DNA of 55,295 nt from an uncultured virus (IMG/VR IMGVR_UViG_3300037047_000119) (lineage: Duplodnaviria > Heunggongvirae > Uroviricota > Caudoviricetes): the IMG/VR virus record IMGVR_UViG_3300037047_000119. The stretch is one strand, 5' to 3'. The notes below the pieces were generated by a model. The model did not search any database. It was given only the letters and a program-made list of their open reading frames with translations, and was not told the DNA's origin. Positions 37,470-45,855 of this stretch are shown one piece after another. Position 1 is the stretch's first letter; each line of letters starts with the position of its first letter. Made by a program: the position numbers and the translations under genes.

Positions 37470-38022
37470 GCCGGATCTCTTCCAGTTTCTGGTCCAGAGC
37501 AATCGCATCCTTGTCCCCGCGGAAACGGAACACGTTGGGGTGGGTGTATCCCTGATTCCAGGGTCTGTCGGGCATGATCACCAGTCCGCGGGGACGCCAC
37601 GTCAACCACCGCTCTACGTAAGGGGGCCAGTCGTCGACAAGCACCTTCCCGTAAACCAGCCCCTTGTCCTCTGTGAGGGTGACTCCTACTCCCGGGAGAT
37701 GTTCCCGGCACCACTCCACCTTCTCCGTCCAAGCAGATGTGGTGTTGAACGGTCCCTTGGTCAGCACCACCAGCCGAAAACGGTGCCACTTGAGGCGGGC
37801 GATCAGGTAAAACCCGTCCTCCAATCTTGCAAGGTTCCGCCACCATCCCATTTGACGTTTGATCAGGTTCTTACGTGCCTCCAGCCAAGGAGGACCGTCG
37901 TCATGCCCTACGGGCTCTTCCGATTCCCCGGGAGATCGAAGTTGTAGGAGTCCGGCTCGAAGCGCCCCGTCGTAGTCACAGAGCGTCCCGTCCATATCCA
38001 CGAGAGCAATGAGTTCCGTCAT
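37444..38022 (-). CDS. 5'(3')-deoxyribonucleotidase-like HAD (NT5C)
   Basis: LVDMDGTLCDY; LT; EKVEW; K..V.G.VLVDD; PWN. Confidence 0.85.
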   Translation of the reverse strand: MTELIALVDMDGTLCDYDGALRAGLLQLRSPGESEEPVGHDDGPPWLEARKNLIKRQMGWWRNLARLEDGFYLIARLKWHRFRLVVLTKGPFNTTSAWTEKVEWCREHLPGVGVTLTEDKGLVYGKVLVDDWPPYVERWLTWRPRGLVIMPDRPWNQGYTHPNVFRFRGDKDAIALDQKLEEIRLNWGTQAE

Positions 38023-38042
38023 GGGAGACCTCCTGAGATGGT

Positions 38043-38068
38043 CTACTCCAACCAGGAGGTAAAAGATC
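38043..38068 (-). promoter_or_regulatory. Putative early/middle promoter GATCTT-N14-GAGTAG
   Basis: Just past the MCP terminator, before an AGGAGG RBS. Confidence 0.6.
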
Positions 38069-38075
38069 CAGCACC

Positions 38076-38112
38076 AAAAAGCAAGCCCTCCCCCGCTGAA
38101 ACGGGAGAGGGC
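38076..38112 (-). terminator. Rho-independent terminator after MCP
   Basis: GCCCTCTCCCG-TTTCAG-CGGGGGAGGGC followed by TTGCTTTTT. Confidence 0.8.
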
Positions 38113-38151
38113 AGCTTAGGAACTTACCCGGGGGGCTCACGCCCCCTCAGA

Positions 38152-39030
38152 TCACCCGCGGGTGATCGTCAGACGGGTCAGACCGCGCGGGTTGAAGGCG
38201 CCGATACCGATGTTCTCGAAGACCGAGAAACCGATCGTGCGTGCCTTCGGGTCGTCGGCCGAAAGGACCGTCAGTTCCGTACGAACCGGGATGCGACCGA
38301 AGTGCTCCGGCTCGCAGCAGATGTAGACGGTGCCGACCGGGACGAGACGGCTGATGATGATCTGGGCACCCCACAGGGTGGCCATCAGACCAGTTTTCAG
38401 CAACGTCGCCTGCGTCTCGATGTCGAGAATGTCTCGACCGAACTTACGCAGGTCAGCGTAATCACGCGCGTTCATGTAAACGCGCGCAACACGCAGGTCG
38501 TGGCGCTCGATCAGTCCGTAAGCGTCTGAAAGGACCGATCCGGAGATCGGGGCAACAACCGGGATGTCCGGGTTGATCTGCCCACCCAGGCTGTCGAATC
38601 CCGCGGTCGCGATCGAGTCGAGAACCGCGAACACACGCTCGTCCTCTGCGGCCTGGATCTGCGCTTTCGCCAGATCGAGGGAACGCTCGATCAGGTCGAA
38701 GCGGCGCTCCTTAATCTGGGTGAGCGGAATCTCCGGGTTCGCAGCGATCTCGAACAAGGGGAAGATAACACGGCGCGGCTTGGTGATGGCCAGAATGTTC
38801 TGACCTTCCTCACCAACCACGTATGCCGTGACATCTGGATCCTTGTCATAGATCGGCAGTGCGCCATCCGGAAGCTGCTCGACCAGGAAGGTCTTGCGGC
38901 CGACGGAGGCGTAGTCACGACGCAGGCGCAGAGGCTGCGTCATTGAGGCAGCGAGTTTGGCGCGACCCGCGGGGGTCTTGATGTACTCGCCAATCACCTT
39001 CTGCTTGACATCATTTCCCAAGGTGCTCAT
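38152..39030 (-). CDS. Major capsid protein (HK97 fold)
   Basis: Order protease-scaffold-cement-MCP-terminator; AQIQAAEDERVF spine helix; VYMN..DY..L; LWGAQIIIS..VP.G. Confidence 0.85.
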   Translation of the reverse strand: MSTLGNDVKQKVIGEYIKTPAGRAKLAASMTQPLRLRRDYASVGRKTFLVEQLPDGALPIYDKDPDVTAYVVGEEGQNILAITKPRRVIFPLFEIAANPEIPLTQIKERRFDLIERSLDLAKAQIQAAEDERVFAVLDSIATAGFDSLGGQINPDIPVVAPISGSVLSDAYGLIERHDLRVARVYMNARDYADLRKFGRDILDIETQATLLKTGLMATLWGAQIIISRLVPVGTVYICCEPEHFGRIPVRTELTVLSADDPKARTIGFSVFENIGIGAFNPRGLTRLTITRG

Positions 39031-39044
39031 AGCGATTACCCCCC

Positions 39045-39731
39045 TTAGAGCCGCTGATCCCAGACGACTTCCGTCTGGAAGGCGTCAGGTGCCATCTTCA
39101 CGACGCCGATGATCGTGGCGCTTTCGTCCGCCTGTTTCACGAAGGACTCCGCCGTAATCTCTTCCTCGTCGAAAGAAACCAGGGCAGCACCTGCGTTGTT
39201 CAGGTTCCACTTCGGCATCAGGAAGCCGTTGCGCGAAGCCATCAGCTCGTTGCCAGTGGTGTAGACCAGCGCACGACCCGCAGTCGGGTCGCCGTCGGAG
39301 GCGATGACATGGGTCTCGTACAGAGCGGTGCCATAGGTGCCCATGCCGGACACATACGGACCGATCCCAGACGCAAGCGCCGGGATATTCTCGTACGGGT
39401 TACCCGCTGCCGAGTTGATGAAAACGCCCAGTGGCCGGTAGAACTCATCCAGAGTATCAGCCTGATAGGCACCCTGGATAGCGTTCGTACCGGGGCCGCC
39501 TACGAAGTTGTTCCCAGCGTCCTGACGGCAGAAAGCTACGGAGCCGGAGAGAACTCCGACGAGCGTAGTGTTCAGCCGCGTGCTGGGGAACGTCGCGACA
39601 GCAACCGGGTTTGCCTGGGTGAACGCGTCGTCGGTGAGCGTCCCGATGGAGTTCCTGATACCGAGGTTCAGGATCCTCAAGGCGCTTGACGACTCCGTCC
39701 ATCCGCCGCTGGCCTGTCCGTGCAGTGGCAT
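39045..39731 (-). CDS. Capsid cement/decoration protein
   Basis: Directly upstream of MCP; PLGVF...YET...YTTGNELMASRNG...IIGVV..P. Confidence 0.65.
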   Translation of the reverse strand: MPLHGQASGGWTESSSALRILNLGIRNSIGTLTDDAFTQANPVAVATFPSTRLNTTLVGVLSGSVAFCRQDAGNNFVGGPGTNAIQGAYQADTLDEFYRPLGVFINSAAGNPYENIPALASGIGPYVSGMGTYGTALYETHVIASDGDPTAGRALVYTTGNELMASRNGFLMPKWNLNNAGAALVSFDEEEITAESFVKQADESATIIGVVKMAPDAFQTEVVWDQRL

Positions 39732-39858
39732 AACATTCCTCCTATCTGCACCTTGTGTACTGGCCGGTGGATGTAGAAATCCGCCGATACACTACCGGGA
39801 TAACCACCATGGCCATCTCGGCTTAGGGCATCTCTGCCCTTTCACTGTTTATGTGAGT

Positions 39859-39872
39859 GTATAAAGGAAAAA
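39859..39872 (-). promoter_or_regulatory. Putative late promoter motif for cement-MCP (TTTTTCCTTTATAC)
   Basis: Recurring 14-mer variant. Confidence 0.5.
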
Positions 39873-39897
39873 CCGAGGAAATTTAGCGGAGGGGGAA

Positions 39898-39929
39898 AGA
39901 ATCCTGCCAGATTTCTCTGGCAGGATTCT
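39898..39929 (-). terminator. Perfect 14-bp hairpin with GAAA loop after the scaffold gene
   Basis: AGAATCCTGCCAGA-GAAA-TCTGGCAGGATTCT with only a short T tail. Confidence 0.65.
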
Positions 39930-39942
39930 CATCATCGGATGG

Positions 39943-41553
39943 TTACTTGTTGCCGTTGAACACGGAGGAAACGTCCGGGGCGGACTCCCACAAGCGGCTC
40001 AGGTCGGCAATCTCGCCGTTGTTTCCGGCGGTAACCGTACCGACGGTACGGACACCCGGATTCGGGCGGCGGGGCTGCGGGCGCTGACCAGCGGTGCGGC
40101 TGGTACGTGCCTTTTTGTCCGTTTTCTCTTCCTCGACCACCTCGTCCTCTTCGGACTTCTTGGCGGCCTCTTTCTTTTCGGGCTCCTCAGCCTCGGGCTC
40201 CTCAGCCTCGGGCTCCTCAGCCTCGGGCTCCTCAGCCTCGGGCTCCTCTTCCTTCTCGTCGTCGTCCGCCTTCTTGGCTACGCGACCGCCGAAAATCTCC
40301 GCGAGAATGGAATCCTCGTCCGTCAGAGCAACAGGGTTACCTAGAGCATCCTCCTCGGCACCCAGCGAGAAGAGGGAAGCCTCTTCTACCTGCGGCTCTT
40401 CTGCCCTACGAGCGGCCTGCGGAGCGGGAACCGGCTCCGGAACCGGGGCGGGCTCCTCAGCGCGGCGACCTGCGACCTCAGTCTCCATCTCTGCGAGAAG
40501 GGCGACCTCTTCCGGATCCAGACCAACCATGTCACAGGACTTTTTGGCCGTCATCGCGTCGACGACTTCGTCCTCGGTCACGATGTCGTCCTCGTCCTCG
40601 TCCGCCGCGGCAAACACCGCAACCGGACCCAGCCACTCGGAACGAGAGACAAACCCGTCACCGTCGGTGTCCATGCTGGCGAAAAAAGCGCGAGCAGCCT
40701 TCGCGGCAGCAGTCTTGACTTCCTGCTTGTCCGTGGTTGCCTCGGCCTCCTGCCGTACCTGTTCCTCCGTCTTCGGGCTCGGAGCCAGGGTGTCACCCTT
40801 CGGATCGTTCTGATCCGCACGGCGGCCCGCCGCGGCCTTCATCGCGACGATCTCGTCCTGAAGGGCCTGCACCTTCATCATCAGATCGTCGACCTCCGCC
40901 CGTCGAGAAGCCTCGGGAGCAGGAGCCTCAACCGGCATCTCTTCCTCTGCGAGAAGAGCGTCCAGTTCGTCGTCGCCCATGAACATCGGGTCGTCATCGA
41001 CCGGGGGCATAAACTCGTCATCGACCGGAGGAAGGAACTCGTCCTCTACCGGAAACGAGTCGAACTCGTCCTCGACGAACATGTCCTGGGCGAGAAAACC
41101 ACCACCCAAGCGGTTGGCCGTTGCGGTGATGTGGCTATCCGGCCAATCCATCATCGAGAATGCCTGATCCTCGATCATTTCAGCCGTGACACCGCGGCGA
41201 CCCTTCAGCATCAGTGCCGCCAGCCGCAGGCACCGATCAGCCTTCGCCTCGGCCATCGACTCGATCGCCGCACGGAGGCTACGGGCCTCCTTCGGGACAC
41301 GCGGCGGATTCTCATGCGCCGGGTGATCCTGGTCCTCGGTGTCGTAACCGGGGACAGCCGGAGGATTTCCCTGTGGATACGGTGGCGGGTTGGGAGTCTC
41401 CGCCCATGCATCCGGGTCACCCTTCTTGTACGTCTCGTAGGAGGGATCGGGCTGATGTGCCGGATGATCCTGATCCTCAGTTCCGTACCCAGGGTTGGCG
41501 GGAGGAGCAGACGCCTCGCGGCCCGCCGCCCACGTCAGTCGGTCTCGTCTCAT
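39943..41553 (-). CDS. Capsid scaffolding protein, 536 aa, with an EF-hand pair
   Basis: AAGGAG RBS, ATGA overlap with protease; acidic low complexity and coiled coil; DTDGDGFVSRSEW and DEDEDDIVTEDEV. Confidence 0.75.
   Translation of the reverse strand: MRRDRLTWAAGREASAPPANPGYGTEDQDHPAHQPDPSYETYKKGDPDAWAETPNPPPYPQGNPPAVPGYDTEDQDHPAHENPPRVPKEARSLRAAIESMAEAKADRCLRLAALMLKGRRGVTAEMIEDQAFSMMDWPDSHITATANRLGGGFLAQDMFVEDEFDSFPVEDEFLPPVDDEFMPPVDDDPMFMGDDELDALLAEEEMPVEAPAPEASRRAEVDDLMMKVQALQDEIVAMKAAAGRRADQNDPKGDTLAPSPKTEEQVRQEAEATTDKQEVKTAAAKAARAFFASMDTDGDGFVSRSEWLGPVAVFAAADEDEDDIVTEDEVVDAMTAKKSCDMVGLDPEEVALLAEMETEVAGRRAEEPAPVPEPVPAPQAARRAEEPQVEEASLFSLGAEEDALGNPVALTDEDSILAEIFGGRVAKKADDDEKEEEPEAEEPEAEEPEAEEPEAEEPEKKEAAKKSEEDEVVEEEKTDKKARTSRTAGQRPQPRRPNPGVRTVGTVTAGNNGEIADLSRLWESAPDVSSVFNGNK
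40178..40248. repeat. 15-bp perfect tandem repeat x4.7 (EPEAE) in the scaffold
   Basis: Unit TCGGGCTCCTCAGCC. Confidence 0.9.
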
Positions 41554-44324
41554 TTCTGAACTCCTTCGTGGCGACTGCCAGTCACTCGCACCGAAGCCTC
41601 TCTCCGGTGGAGCATTCTTCCAAGGTGCAGCAGAATTGTCCTCTCCTGCACAGTGGGGGTTTTCCCTAGTACCGAAACACACGCGTTGCGGTACTTATCT
41701 GCGGACCCGTACCGTGCCGGGTTCCCTACATGAAGAGCAACTCGGTACAGATGGACAGGGATTCTAACCCCCACCTGATCGTTATACGCTGCAACACCAT
41801 CAATGAGTGCAGCATCCGAGCTAGCAGTTCTGAGAATCGAACTCAGTCCCGCAAGGTAAAGCCTACGAAAAGCCGATGCCTGTTTCACCAGACTCTCGTT
41901 TGTAGACTCCGTGGGCGTCCGACCCGGGACACCCTCTACCGGAACCGTGATCTCTTTCCGGATGCGGCTTTTGACCTGCTCAACCACTGTCCGGTAGATC
42001 TCATCCTCAACATCTTGAAGAGGCCGCTTAGGCTCTTCCGGGGCCGGAGCCGACTCTTCTGAGGGGGGCTCGTCTCCACCCCCCTCATCCAACCAACCGG
42101 CGGAAAACTCCGGAGGACCCTCCACCACAAAAGCGGAACGGGCAGGAAACTCTATCTCGCGAACAACGGAGGCGGCTTTCGCATATGCATCTTGGGTCCA
42201 CTCGGGCGGCGGGCTGGCAAGAATTTTCTGTGCCTGCCGGACGGTCTTCTCCGTGGGGTCCAGGATGTTGCGTGCGACGGCACCTGTGAATGCCGGGGTT
42301 TCAACCCAAGACGCCTCAATGAATGTCACGCCACCAGTTGGGTCGAGTGAATCGTGTCCACACAGTTCCGCGATCCGGTGACGTTGCCCCTGCTCATCGA
42401 AAAAGATGTTACCCTTCTCATAGCGGATGTGAGGGCACATCTCAGTCTCGTCGGCGGCCCAATGTCCACACTTCGTGCAGATCGTGCCATCGACGGTGCA
42501 ATTTGCAACAGAAACGCCCTCAACGATGTAAGTGTGGTCCTCATCCACCTCCATATTGTGGACGTCACCCTCGTAAACGCTCTCCTCAATAGCTGTAATT
42601 GGACTAATTACCCAATCACTAAGGACACGATTGTTCTGGTTACTGTAACTAGAGACCAACGGGGCCTTGGCACAATAACCCTGCAACTCAATCGACTGTG
42701 TGTTCCCGAGAGTCAACAGATACGAGGGAAGTCGCCCCGTAGCCGCGTCGCGTACTGCAACACCACCATTAACAGCCTCTGCCACAGTGACTGAATTAGC
42801 CCCGATACGAGCCTCGAATCGGGCAAACCAACCACACTTTGCCATCAGGGCATGCATCTGACATGCTAGATCCAAGGACACGGTAGTCCCCACCAGAAAC
42901 CCACCATGTGCCTTTGCCCGATGTCCATCCCCATTAAGCCACGTGCCGATCAGGTGTTTGTGGTTCTCTAGTGACCAGTTCATGACCTCAGTAGACAAAC
43001 GTTTACCGTGACTGTATTCCCCTCCGTGCTGAAGGAACCATGCAGTAACACTGCCTCCCGTAACATGCACTGTACAGGTGTTTCTATCGAGACGATCCTG
43101 AACCCAGGGGATGTTCGCTTCCGGGAATTCTTGCTTAAGGAGCCCCACGACTTCGGCCACAAATGTGTTCTTCTCAGATGCAGCAAAATTAAACTGCACT
43201 TCGCAGTGCTTACCTTTGTGCTTAAGGAAACTACCTTCGGCGAGGAAATAGCCCAGCAACCGGGCTTTGCCCTCGGTCGTCTCAATTGTATGCTCCCCAT
43301 CCTTCACTCTGGGAAAAGCAACAAAATCCCCAACCCGAAGCTCGTCTGCCCGAACCTTTATCAACTCAGGGTTCTGGATTTCGTCCATCAGCGCCTTCCG
43401 GCGCTTGAACTCATCCATTGAGTACGTGTTATTCGGATTCAGGATGCGCTTGTCATGCCCTTGCAAGAAACTACGTGTCGTCGGCTTCCTCTCCGAGGGA
43501 GCGTAAACAGGTAGACTCTCACCGCACCCACAAGCGCACACCTCGGCTGGGCGCAAAACATAATAGGGATGGTTCGCTGTCGAAAATATAGGGGATGCAA
43601 GCCCGACGGCATGAACCGTCCGCATATCCCATTTACCGCCCCGGATCTGTTTGTTCAACACCTCACGAGCACGGCCCTTATGGGTCAACACCATATCCCC
43701 GGGTTGTACGTCCTCAATGGCAATACGCCGCCCGTCCGCCATCGTGACGTGTGTCCCAGGCAGAAAACATCCCATAGACAAGGTTCCCATCTTGCCACTT
43801 TCAATGGCTTTGACGAGATCTGCATGTTTGCGATCCGTGGCAATCAGGATGTCAACATAGATTGAGTCCCCAATGTCTCGGGCAGCGGCATCGATGATGC
43901 GACCCTTTGACAAATCCTCAAGCTGAACGTGCTCCACGAAGTTGTGTCCGCCAATGAAAGTGCGGAACGCCTTGAGAAGCACCCCACGAGACCAAGCGTC
44001 CTGATTGTTGTTGATATACTTCTGAGTCTCAGGGGTCACCCGGAAGTCTGAGAATTTCCGATTGACATTGAACCCATTTTCAACAACCGATCCCGTCTTG
44101 ACTCCCGCGGGAGAGAAAACATCCACTGATGCCACGATGGTGGCATGTGTGAGAAGATACTTGCCAGGATCAAAGCTACCACCCAGGAACTGAGAGGCTC
44201 GCTCAACGAGATCCTCCCGGATGTTCCCGGCAGCCTTCGATGCCGCCGTCTTGATCTTCCCCCACTGGGCATTCGTCACATGCGGGTGGACGACTTTCGC
44301 TGTGGCAAATCTCAGAAATGCCAT
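41550..44324 (-). CDS. Prohead (maturation) protease, HK97/herpes-assemblin-like, with intein
   Basis: NNNQDAW; NFVEH; GRIIDA; LSMG|intein|C..CTKCG..CPH; FIEASWVETPA; position before scaffold. Confidence 0.85.
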   Translation of the reverse strand: MAFLRFATAKVVHPHVTNAQWGKIKTAASKAAGNIREDLVERASQFLGGSFDPGKYLLTHATIVASVDVFSPAGVKTGSVVENGFNVNRKFSDFRVTPETQKYINNNQDAWSRGVLLKAFRTFIGGHNFVEHVQLEDLSKGRIIDAAARDIGDSIYVDILIATDRKHADLVKAIESGKMGTLSMGCFLPGTHVTMADGRRIAIEDVQPGDMVLTHKGRAREVLNKQIRGGKWDMRTVHAVGLASPIFSTANHPYYVLRPAEVCACGCGESLPVYAPSERKPTTRSFLQGHDKRILNPNNTYSMDEFKRRKALMDEIQNPELIKVRADELRVGDFVAFPRVKDGEHTIETTEGKARLLGYFLAEGSFLKHKGKHCEVQFNFAASEKNTFVAEVVGLLKQEFPEANIPWVQDRLDRNTCTVHVTGGSVTAWFLQHGGEYSHGKRLSTEVMNWSLENHKHLIGTWLNGDGHRAKAHGGFLVGTTVSLDLACQMHALMAKCGWFARFEARIGANSVTVAEAVNGGVAVRDAATGRLPSYLLTLGNTQSIELQGYCAKAPLVSSYSNQNNRVLSDWVISPITAIEESVYEGDVHNMEVDEDHTYIVEGVSVANCTVDGTICTKCGHWAADETEMCPHIRYEKGNIFFDEQGQRHRIAELCGHDSLDPTGGVTFIEASWVETPAFTGAVARNILDPTEKTVRQAQKILASPPPEWTQDAYAKAASVVREIEFPARSAFVVEGPPEFSAGWLDEGGGDEPPSEESAPAPEEPKRPLQDVEDEIYRTVVEQVKSRIRKEITVPVEGVPGRTPTESTNESLVKQASAFRRLYLAGLSSILRTASSDAALIDGVAAYNDQVGVRIPVHLYRVALHVGNPARYGSADKYRNACVSVLGKTPTVQERTILLHLGRMLHRREASVRVTGSRHEGVQK
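42501..43769 (-). mobile_element. Intein (423 aa) with LAGLIDADG endonuclease
   Basis: CFLPGT.V.MADG; TANHPY; LLGYFLAEG; LIGTWLNGDG; VHNMEV.EDHTY; ends VAN|C. Confidence 0.92.
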
Positions 44325-44956
44325 CAGGCACCTCCTCCCGCACCTAAACGAATTCGGGCAAAGGGCTGCTTGTCTTTTCGCGCCAGATCCTCATCACTGA
44401 GGTAATCCGGATGCCCGATGATGTCACATTTCTTGATCAGAAATAGACATGAGGGGCAGGCCAAAAGTCGCTCACTTGCACCACCACTCCGCTTGTACGA
44501 GGTCGCCCGAAGTTCGGCTTCTTTGCACCTGGGACAATGAAATGCCCCCTTCTCAACCTCTTCGGTACTTGCCTTGTAATGTCGGTCGGGGGCTGCCCAG
44601 TAGAGTGCCTTTTTAATCCAGGCCGCTGCAACCCTTGTGCTCGAAGGTAGTGGGCCTCCGGGCACCGAAACCGTTCCGTTTCCTCCGGGCACGGTATCAT
44701 GATCGATGTCGGGGGCGTCATACTTTCCCGGGAGATGCTTCTGCAGCTCCTCCACCGGGAATCGCTGACTCCCATGTGGCCACTCCACATCAACCATCCC
44801 AATCGCGGGCCACACTGCCACAACGCGCCCCACAATGTCCGAGGTGCCTGAGAGAAATGGATACACGAGGTCCCCCACATCGAACTCGGTAGCCCGCTGC
44901 TGGTAATCTACAAATGCGGATCGATTCCTCATTTGTGGAACCCCGTAGGACGTCAA
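44324..44956 (-). CDS. SH3-like + tag + Zn-ribbon protein (start may be ATG 44932)
   Basis: FDVGD.V..GRVVAV..V.VEWP; STRVAAAWIKKA; CPRC...CPSC. Confidence 0.75.
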   Translation of the reverse strand: MTSYGVPQMRNRSAFVDYQQRATEFDVGDLVYPFLSGTSDIVGRVVAVWPAIGMVDVEWPHGSQRFPVEELQKHLPGKYDAPDIDHDTVPGGNGTVSVPGGPLPSSTRVAAAWIKKALYWAAPDRHYKASTEEVEKGAFHCPRCKEAELRATSYKRSGGASERLLACPSCLFLIKKCDIIGHPDYLSDEDLARKDKQPFARIRLGAGGGA

Positions 44957-44958
44957 GG

Positions 44959-45855
44959 TTAGGAGAAAAGATTGAATCCGTGAGAGGCTTTCTTGGCCTC
45001 TTTCTCGTCGTCCTTCTTCTCGTCGTCCTTCTTCTCGTCCTTCTTCTCAGCCGCCTCGTCCTGCTTCTTCTTTACGTTCTCCAGGAACTGGGGCGGGATC
45101 TCACCGGCCTTCTTGGCCTCTTTCTCGTCTTTCTCAGGCTCCTCTGCCGGAACTTGCTCGTCCTTCTCTTCCGCCACCCTCGCCGTCAGTGCTACCATCT
45201 GGGCAAGGCGATCAGAAACCTGATCAACGTGCGGGAGCAGGAGATCCAGTGCCTCCAAAGTGCGTGCTACCTTGTTGGCCGATGCCTGTCCGACAAGAAC
45301 GTCCCGCTGCATCCCCATGACGGTCTGCGCGAGATTGAACATCGGAGCCGCTACCTTCGGGTCCTTGGCAACGACCCGCATCGCAGCGCCCTGTAGCTTG
45401 TTGCATGCAGTGGCCAAACGGCCGCTCGCTGCCTCACGCCCCATGCGCTCGAAAGCCGCCTGCTTGCCGGAAGAGGCAGGCTGGGGCTCAGGGTTCGGGG
45501 TCATGCCCAGGTCACCATCCTGAACGCGCTCTCGGAGTTCTCGGTTCTCCTGCTGGGAGAATTCGCCCTTCATATAGGACTCGTCACCGTCGCCTCGGAG
45601 CGGACCATTTTTCTCCTCGCCAATACCCTCCGGGTCAAAACCCGGCTCCTTCACTGGATCGTCACCATCGAGCGCCACTCGGTCGAGCCCAGCGACACGC
45701 TCAATGCGGTCACTCAGAAGGTCACAGCGGTATGCGAAATCCGATGCAATCCTCTCAGGAACCCCTAAAGTTACCCACTCTGTCTGGAAGAGAGATGCAA
45801 CACGGTCCAAAGTCTGCGTCACGGACCGAGCGCCCTTCTTCGTCATGGTTGCCAT
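44959..45855 (-). CDS. Nested in-frame gene (298 aa), scaffold-like
   Basis: GAGGAGG 6 nt before ATG 45855 and late motif at 45932-45945; acidic tail with KKAGEIPPQF. Confidence 0.65.
   Translation of the reverse strand: MATMTKKGARSVTQTLDRVASLFQTEWVTLGVPERIASDFAYRCDLLSDRIERVAGLDRVALDGDDPVKEPGFDPEGIGEEKNGPLRGDGDESYMKGEFSQQENRELRERVQDGDLGMTPNPEPQPASSGKQAAFERMGREAASGRLATACNKLQGAAMRVVAKDPKVAAPMFNLAQTVMGMQRDVLVGQASANKVARTLEALDLLLPHVDQVSDRLAQMVALTARVAEEKDEQVPAEEPEKDEKEAKKAGEIPPQFLENVKKKQDEAAEKKDEKKDDEKKDDEKEAKKASHGFNLFS

Noticed and set aside
40178..40248. Direct repeats that might suggest a CRISPR array
   Set aside because: No spacers; in-frame 15-bp coding repeat (EPEAE). No CRISPR array or cas gene was seen in the window
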